From contig NC_043014.1 in the NCBI RefSeq assembly GCF_006345805.1, forward strand, positions 17,298,001 to 17,362,000: a stretch of DNA of 64,000 bases. The letters are read 5' to 3'. A program made the position numbers and the translations under genes. Below, one piece after another: positions 1-14,405 of the stretch. The notes under the pieces are model-generated. The model was not told the origin of the DNA. It ran no database searches and worked only from the letters and a program-made list of their open reading frames with translations. This DNA is from Octopus sinensis. Taxonomy: Eukaryota. The stretch's first letter is position 1. Each line of letters starts with the position of its first letter.

Positions 1-750
1 TGGAATGAGGCACTTCACCTCAATTTCCGGCGGAATCTCTTCTATTCTTATGCGGGTTGTCCTCCTCCCCATATATGAAGGTAGTAGGGCCACTTCCGCC
101 GTCTTTATCGGGCTTATTGAGTTCTTCCTGGCCTGGGCTTCCTCTTTAAAGTACACTACGATTGTAGCAAATTTCCTTCCCCAGGTCACATAGTCTATTT
201 CTTTCCAAATAGGTTGCAGACATTTCTCAGCTTGATCCTTAGTGATTTTTTCGATCTTTTTCTCTTTTATATTGAACGATTTATATATAATCGTTCTCCT
301 CTCTGTTGCACTCTTCAGTTCTTTTGGGAGGGTGGCCTTAATACTGTTTCCCTCCCTTGAGAACATTCCTTTGTACATGTTGAAGTCGATCTCCTCCATG
401 GTGATTTCCTCGCTGTTCCTGCCCGCTGCGGCAGCAAAGTTGACCGTCTTTTTTGCTGGTGAACTATCACCGCTTACTTTGGACGCATCCATTACATTTG
501 TTGTCTTTGTAGGTGAACCTACATTTGGAGGCAAACCTTCATTTGTTTTCTTTGTAGGCGAACCTACTTGTTTCGAAGGCAAACCTTCATTTGTTTTCTT
601 TGTAGGCGAACCTACATTTGAAGGAAAACCTTCATTTGTTTTCTTTGTAGGCGATCCTACGTTAACTTTTTTCGAAGGCAAGCCTTCATTGGTTTTTGTT
701 GCAGGCGAACCTACATTAACTTGTTTTGCAGTAATATTTTCTTTTTCCAT
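1..750 (-). CDS. ORF1 (gag-like) N-terminal 250 aa of a non-LTR retrotransposon, probably L1/Tx1-like; runs off the left edge
   Basis: Hand translation from the ATG at 750 is open for 250 codons to position 1: MEKENITAKQVNVGSPATK...VNFAAAAG...RRTTRIRIEEIPPEIEVKCLIP. It is absent from the ORF track because no stop lies in the window. A low-complexity N-terminus, an FAAA motif and a TRIRIEEIPPEI RRM-like strand resemble LINE ORF1 proteins. The clade assignment is inference. Confidence 0.6.
   Translation of the reverse strand, partial: MEKENITAKQVNVGSPATKTNEGLPSKKVNVGSPTKKTNEGFPSNVGSPTKKTNEGLPSKQVGSPTKKTNEGLPPNVGSPTKTTNVMDASKVSGDSSPAKKTVNFAAAAGRNSEEITMEEIDFNMYKGMFSREGNSIKATLPKELKSATERRTIIYKSFNIKEKKIEKITKDQAEKCLQPIWKEIDYVTWGRKFATIVVYFKEEAQARKNSISPIKTAEVALLPSYMGRRTTRIRIEEIPPEIEVKCLIP
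490..730 (-). repeat. Coding minisatellite in ORF1: five VGSP-containing units of 15-18 aa (45-54 bp)
   Basis: gtaggcgaacctac...aaaccttcatttgttttcttt recurs at about 510, 555, 602, 647 and 701. Confidence 0.9.
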
Positions 751-1689
751 TCTTAACGAGAATGAAAGGGATGGTTTTTTTTTTTTTGGGGGGGGGGGTT
801 TAGTGTGTTACAACACACACACACAGCAGTTCCCCTCCTTATAGGAGGGGAATAACAATGTTCTTCTGGTTCAGAACCAGTTACTGTTCACAAACAGCTC
901 TCAGGCAAAACAAGTCTTCAAACAACAATATTTTCAACAAGATAAATTCAAAAACTTACGATAAATTCAAAACTACCTCCACTCAAAAACGACGTTGATT
1001 TTTGCGATGTTCATAACAAAGGTGATGACGATCTTATAATAATTCTGCTTGTCATTATGTTAATTAGTCCATCGGTAACGCTTTCACGTGATTAGAGGAT
1101 AAGAGGGAAAGTGAAGTGTCCATGATATGAGGTTGATGGAACGTAACTGTAACGCTTTCACGTGATAGGTGAATGCAAAGAGAGACCAAGAGAAAGAAAA
1201 AGGAGAGAGAAAAAGAGGAAGAGGGCATGTGGTAGGGGGAACGTAATATTTATTACACGATGAAAAAGCAAGTTGAAGGTAGTGATATTGAGGAGGGTTA
1301 GGAATATAATTTAGGTAGAGGGGTGACGTTCTGATGGTGAAATTAAAGAAAAACATATATATGTATGTATGTGTGTGTGTGTGTATTAGTAGATAAAAAG
1401 GGAGGCTAAGAGAGATGGTGGTAGTGGTGGTGGGTGTGGTGGTAGTAAGTATTTTAAATCCCCTATCACTTAACGCATGATCAGAAATGCAATTCCATGA
1501 AATATTCACACTTATATACAGTGTCATATGTACGGTGTATATATATATTACAATTATATATATATTATAATGAAAGTACCAGGTGTGTAAATGTACAATT
1601 GCGAAAGTGTGAACTACACTTCAGAAGAAGGGATTATATAAGGCGTTACAATTTTTCCACAATCAATGAAATAGCTGCACCGTGAAAAC

Positions 1690-3291
1690 AGAGACATTCT
1701 TGTCTATCCATGGAATTCACCTGCTGAGTGAATCGCGTAGACATTGTGCCATCTAGTCCCAATGGGATATCCACTTCTATTCCCTCATGGAAAGTCTGGA
1801 TGGCACTGTGGGATTCTACATGTGGCGAAACGCAGAACATCCGCTCGCAGACGACTCACGATGTAATTTAGGGTTGCTGATTGCAGTACCTTGGGGACCA
1901 TCAGGCCCAGTTGCTCGTAGAGCAGTACAGGGGACATATGGACTACCTGCAGAGAGGAGCTGATGAGAATGTTGAGCCAGGAGCTGTCCTCGGAATATGC
2001 ATCAATATAATCAGGATGCAATGCCGATTGCATCAGGGTATGGTAAACCTGACTTAATTGTCACATATACATCCAACCCTAAGTGCCATGAAATAGAAAA
2101 TAATCTGCAGGAAACTGACCTGATTTGGTTGCAAGAGTGTACAAGTTGTATCTCACTGAACGTCTGAAGGATATAACGGACAGACACGTATTTGATGCAT
2201 TAATAGCTCATGCCCATGTCGCCGAGTTTCAAAAGAAAAGGCTTCCACACTGCCATATGCTGGTAGACAAAGTGAAGATCAGAGATGATATAGTTGAGAA
2301 ATTCATGATACATGGCCTTTGTATGTAGAATGGCTCTGGCCCCAAAATGTTTCCCAAGAACTACAGAAATGAGATACTACTAAATAATAATGGATATCCA
2401 TAGAACAGGAGGCGCAATAATGGGATCGTCGCACAAGTCGAAAACAGGTATGTCTTACCATACAATGCTTACCTATTAAAGCAATTCCGAGCTCATATTA
2501 ATATAGAAGTTGGCTCCTCTGTAAAAAGTGTCAAGTACATCTACAAATAAGTCTATAAATGTTACAATAGCGCTTCAGTTGAAGTAAGGAATGATGCAGT
2601 GGCAGAAGGCAAACAAATTCACGAAAACCATGGTGAAATCAGAAATTATTTTGTGTGTTGATACGTTTCACCTCTTGAAGCGATGTGGAGAATATCTCAG
2701 TACAAGCTGCATGACTCCTCTCTCACTGTTTACAGACTAGCAGCTCAATTTGAAGACCAGGAGAGACTGTGCTTTCACAGAGATAACACTCGGTAACCTA
2801 CTCAAGAACAGAGATCGATCGTGACAATACATTCAAACTGAATGAGCACGATGAAAATTAACGGAAATACTTGTGCCCTGACATTCCTTTACGTTATGTA
2901 TTTGATGTACGTACAAAATCATGAACACTCGGGAGAAGAAACAATAACATCGGCAGCAGAATGAACACAGTGAGTCCTAAGGACGTAGAAACATTTCATT
3001 ACGATTGCTATTTTGGATTTTCCAGATGCTAAGAGCTTTGAAGAAGTGAACACTGTAGGAGGTGAAATCTATGCAATACTTAAAGATGCGTACATATGAC
3101 TTGGTCTTCTCCAAAATTATGTGATGTTGGAACATGCCATACTAAAGGTGCTGCATATCGGATGGCATTTCAGCCGCGTATCACGTTTGTTGTCCTTTGC
3201 ACCTATTCAAATCCTTCTAATGTCCTTCGACTGAGGAACACTCACAAGAATACCATGATGGTAGATTATGCTCAGCGAAGTTTGAATGCAT
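1690..3291 (+). mobile_element. Helitron 1, degenerate Rep region (left part)
   Basis: YPLLFPHGKSGW at ~1770; a TSNPK motif-1 remnant at ~2070; HVAEFQKKRLPHCHML (Rep motif 2, canonical EFQKRGLPHxH) in ORF 2125-2328; many stops and frameshifts. Confidence 0.85.
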
Positions 3292-5702
3292 CATCATCAT
3301 CATTGTTCGACCGTGATCGAGACAATGGAATTTACTATGTTACGCCAGACTTCACGGTCCATCATGGCATTACGGAGGTCCTGTTGCTGGATGCCTGTAT
3401 CCCTGGAGATTACATCAGGGTAGGAGAGTGTGTGCCCTCTGGTATTGCGAGTAGATGGCTTCCAGAGGAGAAGAGTAGAAATTACTTCTTTTTCAGCTCT
3501 ACAACAATGTCCAGCAAACTGGACTCTCCTACCTTTCACAAGAGATGATACAGGTGGTAGTTTCCCATATATTTGCACTTTGGTTGGATGACGCTTCCAC
3601 GAGAGATTTTGAGCTCTCATAAGGAGGCGAGTGTAGGTTCCATCCAACCGCCTCTCAAGCTTCTTTGATAAGGTCCAGGTTTCTGAGCCATATAGTAGAA
3701 TTGGTTCGACTGTGGCTTTGTAGATTTCAAGTTTGAAGTCTCTACTTAGATTTGATGACCAGATCTTATGCATATCATTACATGCTGACCAGGCCATACC
3801 CTTTCTAGTTAGAAAGTCATTTCCAGATGATGATATGTACGACCCAAGATATTTGTAATCAGAAACCATATTTAAGGGCGCATTGTTGAGAGTATGGATG
3901 ATGCAATCACTGTTGGACAGGCACTCGTTTATATATTCAGTCTTGGCCTCATTGAGGTAAAGACCTACACAATTTGAGGCTTGTTCGAGAGATTGCAAAA
4001 GAGACTGGGCATTGGAGAGAGAATCACTGATAAGAGCGATGTCGTCAGCAAAGTCAGTGTCTGTCAAGTATTCAGCTGAGTGTCTGGAACTTCTTCTAGG
4101 TTTTATTTCAAAGCCCTTGCCAGAGATGGTATCAACTGATATACGTAGCACATAATCAACAACAATGATGAAAAGAAATGGGGCGAGTGTGTCTCCCAGC
4201 AGTATTCTGGCTTTGATTGAGAAAGATGATGTTTCTCCGTCAGGGGTTAAGATGGTTGAAGACGTATTTGTGTAGAGGACCTTGATGGCAGAAATGATTT
4301 TGTTTGGTATCCCATAGAGCTTAAGGATTTCAAACATCTTGTACCTATCTACAGAATCGAACGCTTTAGAAAAGTCTACAAATACCATTGCAAGATCGCG
4401 ATTAAATGCTTTTGATTCTTCAATAAGTCTGCGTAGGCATAGTATCTGGCTCAGCGTTGAGCGCCCATGTCTGAATCCATTTTGGTTCTTTCGGAGCAAA
4501 GGTTCAACAAAAAGGACAAGACGATTTAGGATCAGTTTGTTGTACAGTTTTGCAGCAATTGACATTAGAGATATACCCCTGTAGTTGGTGACGAGGGATA
4601 AATCGCCTTTTTTGGGTATTGGGATGATTTGAGATTGGTGCCAAATCTTTTGAGCGACAAAGGTGGAAAGTGTGTGGTTGCAGAGATTGAGCAAAAGTGT
4701 GTGATATCTATCATCCTTCCAAATTATAGCTGGAATGTTGTCGGGACCAAATGCTTTCGAGGCTTTTAGTTGCTTCGTGGCTGCTGTTAGTTCAAATATG
4801 GTAAAAGGGGAGGTGTTGATGTCCAGTGTGTCTGATATAGGCACACTTGGAAGAGTGGGGTTATCAGGGATTTTGGCATTCTTCCCAAGGAGGTTTTTAA
4901 AATGGGTTGACTAATTTTCTAAACGCTTCTTAGCTGATCCCTCTTTAATTCTAATTGATGACCCAGAATTTTTGCCTGATAGGTCTTTGATGGATTTCCA
5001 GGCGAGATGGTGTTTTTTACTAATGTGCTCTTTGGATAGTTTACTAATTTTGCCATTGATAAAGTCGACCTCGGCGTTCAAGTAAGCCTCATCAAGATTC
5101 TTCTTGGCAGCTATGAGTTGGATCTTCAGTGACTGGGATGGAGAACGGTGGTAAGCTAGTGATATAGACTTTAGATGGTTTCTGGCTTCGATGACATTTG
5201 GGGAATTAGAAGGTTTGCTCTGGCCCCTACTCTTCTTTTTGGGAAGAGTAGCCAGTGCAACTTCCTCTGTTGATTTGATGAGGCTGCTCTAGACTTCTTC
5301 AATGTTCTCAGCATCTATTTCAGAAGTAGACAAAGATTGAAATGTGTTATAGACCTCAATAGTAAATTGTTTGGACATATCGGGGTTAGACAAGACTTCC
5401 TCCCAGTCGATCATTTTCATCGGGTGAGGCTTAGCTTTTTTGGATGAGCGAAGACTAAGCTTAACGGTAGCTGATACAATTCTGTGGTCAGAGCCAACAG
5501 AACTAAAGGAAGGGTAGGATCTCAAGTCTTTGACACTATTGCGCCACTTCTTTCGAAAGATGAGGTAGTCAATTTGTGCCCTATCACCAAGTGGGGACTC
5601 AAATGTCCAAAGTTGACCTTTTGGTTTCATAAAAGAATTGTTGGAGGTGTAGAGATTAAATTCCTCCAAGAAGTCTTTGAGCATTTCTCCGTTCCGATTA
5701 GT
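3292..5702 (-). mobile_element. RTE-clade LINE, 5'-truncated within the APE domain, with (GAT)n tail and 11-bp TSD
   Basis: ORF 3300-4844 is an RT (QNGFRHGRST, FVDFSKAFDSV, GDTLAPFLF, FADD, YKYLG). ORF 5289-5684 is the APE C-terminus (QIDY...SDH). Only two in-frame stops separate them. Tail tcatcatcatcat at 3291-3303. TSD tttgaatgcat at 3281-3291 and 5703-5713. Confidence 0.93.
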
Positions 5703-7200
5703 TTTGAATGCATACTCTACACTCTATAAATTCTATGCAAATTGAAAATGGCATTAGCGGTCTTAATATTGACTTGTCTGAACCAGTTCGAGTGTATCGG
5801 GTCGGGCATAAACATGACATGAACCACCCCGGCATTGCAACCGTTACCGATGAGCAGAGAGTGATCGCTGATGCAGTCATTGAAGACAGTTGATAAGAAA
5901 AGGTGAGGTGAGGTGCTGGAATGTTCCTGCTTCTATGCAGAGGTTCCTGGAGGTTGGGACAAGACTTACATATTTAATACGCTGATCTCACATCTACGAA
6001 GAAGAAACTATCAAGAGGTGCGTGTAGAGGCATAGCTTCAACATTGATGTCTGGTGGAGGGACGGTGCACAGTTTGCTCAAATTGCCCGTTCCTCTGTTG
6101 GAAACTAGATTTTGCAATGTACCACCCACGTCTGACCACACAAATTATTTGAGAAATTTGTATTTGATTATTATAGATCAGGCTTCCATGTTCCCTCTTT
6201 ATGCTTTTCATGCTAATGACAAAGCTCCGAAAGAAATCACTGGCAACAATGAAGGTTTCGGTTTAAAAGTTGTGCTCATTGGTAGAGACTTCAGGCAAGT
6301 TCTGCCAATATTGCCAAGAGGAACTCGTGAGGCAGTAATTCAGATCTCCATTAAGAATTCTCCTCTCTGGTTACACTTCAGACATTTATATGTTGAGCCA
6401 TAATAGAGCAATAACAGATCGAAGAGAATTCGCAACATGGCCACTACACCATGATAATGGCATCACAGCTCTTGTGCAAGATCCAAGTGAGTCAGTGATT
6501 ATGTAGAAGTGCTACATGATTCATGCTTTAATGGGTCGCTGATAAATGATGCTTTTTGGCAATGCCCCTCAAGAAGAAAGAACAAGTAGAGTGATCCTCT
6601 CACCAAAAAGTTCAGACTGCTTAAAGATAAACGAAGGGGTTATGGATAAACTCCCAGGTGACCAGTGCTTTTAATACAGCATGGATAAGGTCTTCACAGA
6701 TGACCTGCTGAAGCTGAGCGATATTCACTGGAATTTCTGATTTCATAGACACCATCTGGAATGCCACCTCCTAGATTGCATTTGAAACATGACTCCATAA
6801 TCATGCTCCTGAGGAATATTTCAATTCAAAATTGTCTCTATAACGGAACAAGACTGGAAGTGGAAGTCCTCCATCAAAACTCGATTGGAGCCTCAATAAT
6901 AAGTGGCACATTGATCGGGAGACGTATTCTCATTCACAGAATAAGGCTGGCACTGAGACACCTAATCCCGTTCGCTTGACATTTGCAATGACTATCAATA
7001 AATCACATGGGCAGACATTTGATAAACTGGAGCTATTCTTGCCTGAACTTCCGTATTAATGGTCAGCTATATGTTGTTTCCCAAGGGTTCACAAACATTA
7101 TCTGATATTAAAGTTAAAGTTATCAACACTGACAAAAAGAGAAAAGAAGAGGGAGAAGTTACGCGAACAACACAATCTGTAACGAAGTATTGGATTGAAA
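5703..7200 (+). mobile_element. Helitron 1, degenerate PIF1-like helicase region (right part)
   Basis: GTVHSLLKLP, LIIIDQASM and DFRQVLPILPRG (6044-6403); LLRNISIQNCLYNGTRL (6761-6979); FAMTINKSHGQT at ~6985. Confidence 0.88.
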
Positions 7201-7699
7201 GGTGTACGCAAATTGAAATATGTATAAGCTCTCATGCACCGCCTTTTTTATGAACTACCAACGATGTGGCTTTCAGACGATGCCATGTTGCATTAAATTT
7301 TCAACCCTATGTTTTACCCTATAAAATCATTTTTTTACTATATTTTTGTTTTCTTGATATGAATTTGTGGCCATATAAATTTTAAAATGTAATTTTTTCT
7401 CTCCATGGGGTAAATGGAAAAAATATTGAATATTTATTTTATGATTGCTGTGTATTAAGTCTATAAAATCGTACATGATGTATATAAAGTACATATATAA
7501 AGTGCATTAAGTAATCATCGTATTTCAGTTTCCTTCAATTTTCATAGACACACAACACAGTCTACGCTTTCAGATTTTTTGGATAAACTTTTCAGGAGTC
7601 ACCGAAAAGTTTTATTATTAATTCCGTGGAATATTCATGGATCCCGCTACTGAAATAATAAATGTTGAGTATTAAGAATCAGATGAAGTGAGAAAAGAG

Positions 7700-7765
7700 G
7701 ACAATGAGAGAGAAGGGTGAGACGATGATGACAATCAATATTATGATTGTGATGATGATGACGAA

Positions 7766-7801
<36 letters not shown>

Positions 7802-7950
7802 CATAAATACGATGTTGAAGGTTGTTATGATGATGAGGATGAATATGACGAGAAAGCGGATGAGAATGTTGATATTGATATTATCACTGAATATTCTAAC
7901 AATTCAGATGAAAAAGAAGAGGAGGAGAACAATAGGATGAAGATGAAATG
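7700..7950. repeat. Degenerate (GAT)n / acidic low-complexity tract
   Basis: Visible gat/gac/gaa triplet runs; poly-Asp/Glu in one frame with stops. Confidence 0.7.
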
Positions 7951-7980
7951 AAGAATTCCTGCAGATTACTCAATAGTTCA

Positions 7981-8434
7981 ACGAAGGTATTTTCTTTTTC
8001 GTTGATCTTAGCTTCATGTTAACATCCACTGGGCAGCTGATTTCCACAAGTGTACACAGTTTCTCTCCTCAATCCCAAATCACCATGTCAGGTCTATTGT
8101 GTTTACATTTCATTGGGACATTCCGGCAGCACTCCATTTTATTGGTAGCGGTTTTAGCTTGCACCATATTGTGGGATTTTATTTCTTTATATTTGGAATT
8201 ATCCTTCCGACGGATTTCATTATACAGTGTCCTAGCTACATCATGTCACATCGGTAGATAATATCATGATGAAATTCTCGGACAACTGCTTGTAATATGG
8301 GTAATATCTTCCGTGTTACCGCCACGTAATCTGCATCGGCTGTCACGCTTTACTGTTTTGCCTGCCTCTTTGTCCCTTTTGTGCATCAGGTATTTGCTTG
8401 ATATTTCCTGTTCCTGGATTGCAAACGGATACCC
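7981..8434 (-). mobile_element. 3' fragment of an RLE-endonuclease non-LTR retrotransposon (R4/Dong-like)
   Basis: Hand translation gives FAIQEQEI...CRL...EDITHITSSC...HDVARTLY...HNRPDMVIWD...LVEISCPVDVN, which is a CCHC knuckle plus a PD-(D/E)xK-type RLE signature, with stops. Confidence 0.75.
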
Positions 8435-9396
8435 TTCAAATTAGGAGATAGTAATCCGGTTGTTGGACCATGTATTTATGTATGTACGAATGAACCTACC
8501 TTTTATCTCTTCCCTGTTCTAGCCAGTAGACAGCGGCCATTAAAGAGTATTACTCGAACAAATCGAACTCATTACTTACTTTTTTTAAAGTTTGCTACTT
8601 ATTCTATCAGTCCCTTTTGCTGAAGCGTTAATTTGCAGAGACGCAAACAGACCACCACATTTGAGCTTGTGTTTGTCCCCTACCATCTTTTGACAATATA
8701 TATGTATATATATATCTAATACATCAAATCCGTTCTGTCTGTTTGTGCGCTTATAACTCGAATATTTTTCATCCGATCGCACTGTAATTTTAAACATGGA
8801 CACATGAGAGAGCAGGGCGTTCCGTAATCTAAAAAGATTTTCAAAATTGCTGGTTTCAAAATGAGAATCGCTATTTTTGTAATCTTTTCGTCCTGTTTTT
8901 CCGCCATTAACAAACATCGCCACTACTTTACACCGTCCAAGTTAACCCTCTTCACTTTTGCACCTGACATAAAAAAAACTACACAAAAAAGAGAAAAAAT
9001 CGATTGCTATTAAAACAGGTAAGATTTTGGGGTTAATAACCTTAACCTTTAGTTACAGTTTCTCATTCAAACTAAATAATAGGTAGCATTTTCGGATTAA
9101 GACAGTAGGGTGTTTTGAAGGAGATTTGGCTGTTATTTCTCCTATCTACATTGTAGAGGTCTGCTTCATTGGCTCATACATAAATATATACATACATATA
9201 TACATAAAATCGAAATAAAATATTTAAAGCAACAGACGTCAAATAGAAAAGCCAAGCTCCATGCAGTGTCATGGGCCAAAAAAATTTCCAACTTCTTGCC
9301 TAATGCGAGCCCAGAGCAATCTTTTATCTCTTACACTATTTCAGTATTACGTCTGTATTGTAAAGCGAGATAATACTTCAGTTTGAAAGAAGCCTG

Positions 9397-10085
<689 letters not shown>

Positions 10086-10330
10086 TATATATGTTATGGT
10101 AAGAGAAGGGATATAATATCAAAGCAGATAGCGAATGGCAAGGCTGGTCCTTCAGATGGTAGGTTTTACGCTAAATGTCTTTAGGTCCCAACCGATGAAA
10201 CAGTTTACTTTTTGGCGACGTAGATATACAGTCTAATAATGATAATAAGGGATTGAGTTTGTATATTCAAATTCTTAATTCTCTCGTCTCTCTCACTCTT
10301 TCTATCTTTCGTTCTTTCTTTCTTCTTTCG

Positions 10331-10388
<58 letters not shown>

Positions 10389-11320
10389 GTGTGTGTGTGT
10401 GTGTTTACATGAATATATTCAAATAAATTCTCTCCGATTCACAGATCCTTGATGATCCTACTAATGGGCAGAAAAGGCACACGAAACGTAGAAAAAAACC
10501 CTGTATGAATAAATTATGTAAATGTCCCGCCCTGTGATTTTTATTTGTTCCTCAAGCTGAAGAAGTTGAAGGAGACTGTAACAATGGTCCTGGAGACACT
10601 TCCTTTCAGATGAGATTTCAGTTTAGCTCTGTAAATTAGTTTTCGAAAGCTGTGCCGTAAGAGGTTCCACAGTTTAATGTGCCCCTTGGTTATCCAAACG
10701 ATAATCGATGCGAGATAAAAATGATTTTAGTATAAGTCATTTACGTAATTCGGTAGCTTAATAACACCTACGTTTGCTAGGTCCGAACACGTCAGTAGTA
10801 ATAATGTTTGGAAACATGGTGGTTCTGTCCACTGACATGACACAGGTTCCTCTGTCAAGCATCATGTCTATGTTACCGTTGGTGAATGAATGAGGTTCAA
10901 ACGAAGACTACGCCAGTCATATTGTTTCCTATGGCTTCATCTCTATGCGTAAATTGAATGAAGTATAGGTGCTATGCCTTGCCAAAGTGCAATCTGTGTT
11001 TGGTCCAGTACAATGTTTTATCCATATTAAGCATACCCAAACCCTAACCCTAACCATAACCCTATATTTGGAGGTTGTTCACTCTATCGCGTACATTATA
11101 CTCTCTCAAATTACACATATTCATAACTGGGCATAATTCGCTATGGAATACGAGTTCATAACATGCATCTTAATTTTACTAACTGTTTTAGCTATCGAAG
11201 TAGTCGCGAGTTGACATTGACATCCTTTCGTATTGCCCACCCTTGTATCTAACTATCACAACTAACTCTCGGTTGATACTTTATTTAAAGTTCAGTAGAC
11301 TGATGCAACGTGAAATGAAA

Positions 11321-13060
11321 TGACTTGATCTAAGTAATAACGTCACTCATTTCAGGAATTGATCCCGGGATATTATGATCATCAGCTGAACTTCCAAAAC
11401 AAGTATACCATATACCTTCATACATGATCCACCACACAATCCTCTTGAGATACTCCGAGCAGAAATTGAAATCAAGTCCTCATATGCAACAACAAGCTAT
11501 AGAATAGTACCTCTCTATTAAATGATTTTGCTGAATTCAAATGTGGAATCTATTTTTTAGCATCAAGTCTAGATTTCAAGATACCCAAACCTCAATTTTC
11601 ACTATTTTCCTCATATTTCAGGGAAATATATTGGAAAGGTAGTACGAATGTCTATTATGGTTATCGATTATTTTATAAAGGTCTGGTGTAAACATCGGGT
11701 AATGAAATAATGGCCGCAGCGAGCATTAGTCCCAGGGTATTTTAATGTGAATAAACAGACTTTAGTTCAGCCGGAGAAAATCATCCAACATCCACTTCTT
11801 ATCAAGGCAGATTGCAATTAAATACGATGCTGGGCTATTGAGGTTCAGCACTAATGAAAACCATTCAAACACAAATTCATGAAAAAATAGACATGAACAA
11901 TAATGTCTGTAGAAATTTAGAGATATTTGCTAGCTTTTCAGTAGAATTTCAAAATACCCTAGTTTTGAAGACAATGCAATTTCTATGTATATTAGTACGT
12001 TCTTCATAAGCTGGTTTATTCAAAAACAAAACAAAGACATTCTCTGGATCCAGTATTTTAAAATTCTGATGTGATCATATTAAATTGATGTCCTTTTCGG
12101 ATTCTGTGTGTCAAAACACTCCCAGTTCGTCTCCAGTTATTTCGTTCGCCTGACTATATTTCCAAAGTATTGTCTTGAATAAAGTTCAAATTGTTTATAC
12201 ACCAAGAACGGGGATTTATATTTTCCTACCATTGAATTCTGACAGATTTCATATTTTCTTTCGAATAGGAGTAAAGCAGGCTTGAAACCGATTCACAGGA
12301 TGACAAAGTCTAGAGGGACGGGGAAAAGATGGTATTCTTCATCTGAAGAATGTTTAAGAGAATATGGACTTCACTAAAGGCACTTAAAATTACTAGGTGG
12401 TGGTTTTGAACAGAGATGTGGTTTAAGACTACCATTGAAATAGATCAGTAGAGACAGAGAAAGGATACAGCATAGCCGTGGACATGGTGTTGAAACACGG
12501 CCATTCGTAATGGGCTGAAGATTAGGCAAGTGTCCCTCACAATGTTACTTGAAAACTTAAGCTTCGCTGGGCATTATTAGCAGCGAAGATCTTTCATGGC
12601 GAAAGTAGATCCTTTGCATAGATAGTACGGTATCTTAAAGTCCAATCCTTCTCTTTGCAGCCAAAACTTCAGACCATTTACAATGCTCAAGTGAAGCACA
12701 CAATGAAGAAATCTTTCTACATCTGGAACGGTGATACACATCCGGGATTGCATCGAAAGAAGGGTGACGTGGCTAAATTTTACTCTATCCCCAATAGACA
12801 TACTCTAACAGCTATCTCGCAGGCAGGATATCTCTTCTCTTTGTTTTGCCACTGTCACTGTCATGCTACAGATTCTTGTAGGATTTGGCTGAGCTCTTGA
12901 CCCCACGAAGCAGGTACTACCGACTCACTCGTCTATTCCATTGCTCCTCGATCTTAAACCTCAGTTCGTTTTCAGTATGAACCTCTGTGCTAAACACTTC
13001 AAACCCTTCATCATTCCAGTAAATGTTGGCCTGTAGCAGCTTAAACGGAACGTTCATGGT
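11321..13060 (+). mobile_element. Highly degenerate CR1/L2/Jockey-group LINE ORF2 (APE + thumb, RT core deleted), copy A
   Basis: ELIPGY (APE N-terminus), a KAD(W) remnant, LGIISSEDLSW, and LQTIYNAQVKHTMKKSFYIWNG (cf. canonical LLTIYKAQIRPTMEYCSHIW). Collinear with 37032-38990. Confidence 0.65.
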
Positions 13061-13534
13061 ATCTATCTCAGATTTCATTCAATTCGCGCTTAAATTATGA
13101 AAGATGAAAATACCTAACTTATTAAACAGAACATTGACTTTGCTATTCCACATCTTCAGATTTACGAGGTTTAAAGAATAACATTAACAAAACATTGCAA
13201 TTTGCTTTACATTAGGATTTCTTAAATGGTCAAAACGTTCCAAATTTGTTGACAAAGAGAAATCTCCTGGAAATAAAAACAACGATAACTCCATGCAATA
13301 TAACATAACGTCACAAGAAATTTGAAAGCTACACGCGAAACCGGTAATTTCTTTAAAAAATTTTAAATTATGTCATTTTAAGGAAAGGGGGGGAAAAAAT
13401 TTTTCCAATTCTCCAGACATTTTGACACAAATATATATATTTTTAACATTTAAGCCTTCTGTCGTTTTTCACACTTTACTATTTTCTTATATATTCACCA
13501 CGTGCTTTACCAAACAAACTTTCTTATCTATCTA

Positions 13535-13771
<237 letters not shown>

Positions 13772-14020
13772 TGCATAATTCTTCAGGACTAATAATTGAT
13801 ATGTGTTTACTGTTTGTGATAACGTAAATTTCACTTATGACATTCTATTACAAATAACATTTCTTAAGTGCTCATACAACACTTTTTCGCATTCTTCATT
13901 TACGTATTTAAGAATTTGACAGTTTGAGCGCATCTCTTTATTATCTGCACTTTAAACCATCAGTATAACTTTTAATTGCATAAATAATTATTTCTTCTCT
14001 CTCTCTTTCTGTCTCTCTCA

Positions 14021-14054
<34 letters not shown>

Positions 14055-14056
14055 TA

Positions 14057-14405
14057 GGCGTAGGAGTGGCTGTGTGGTAAGTAGCTTGCTTACCAACCAC
14101 ATGGTTCCGGGTTCAGTCCCACTGTGTGGCACTTTAAGTAAGTGTCTTCTGCTATAGCCTCGGGCCGACCAAAGACTTGTGAGTGGATTTGGTAGACGGA
14201 AACTGAAAGAAGCCCGTCGTATATAAGTGTATATATATATGTATGTGTGTGTATATGTTTGTGTGTCTGTGTTTGTCTCCCCAACATCGCCTGACAACCG
14301 ATGCTGGTGTGTTTACATCCACGTAACTTAGTGGTTCGGCAAAAGAAACCGATAGAATATGTATTAGGCTTACAAAGAGTAAGTCCTGGGGTCGATTTGC
14401 TCGAT
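14057..14405 (+). mobile_element. tRNA-derived SINE, near full length (Octopus-type)
   Basis: A/B-box head, central agtgtcttc...gggccgacc block, internal TA/TG microsatellite, and 3' tail ...aagtcctggggtcgatttgctcga. Family recognised from memory only. Confidence 0.85.

Noticed and set aside
242-844. Plus-strand 200-aa hydrophobic ORF
   Set aside because: It is the antisense shadow of the minus-strand ORF1.
7637-7950. Acidic N-terminus of a piggyBac transposase
   Set aside because: Contains stops and no DDD core follows; recorded only as a low-complexity tract.
10770-10910. Possible exon SFEPHSFTNGNIDMMLDRG... with gtaggt donor; similar weak candidates at 28455-28508 and 21135-21200
   Set aside because: Poor acceptors or non-matching phase and length; the 21.1-kb one lies in a block shared with Helitron 4.
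11038-11063. Interstitial telomere-like (CCCTAA)n
   Set aside because: Only about four imperfect units; not distinguishable from simple repeat or TE-associated sequence.
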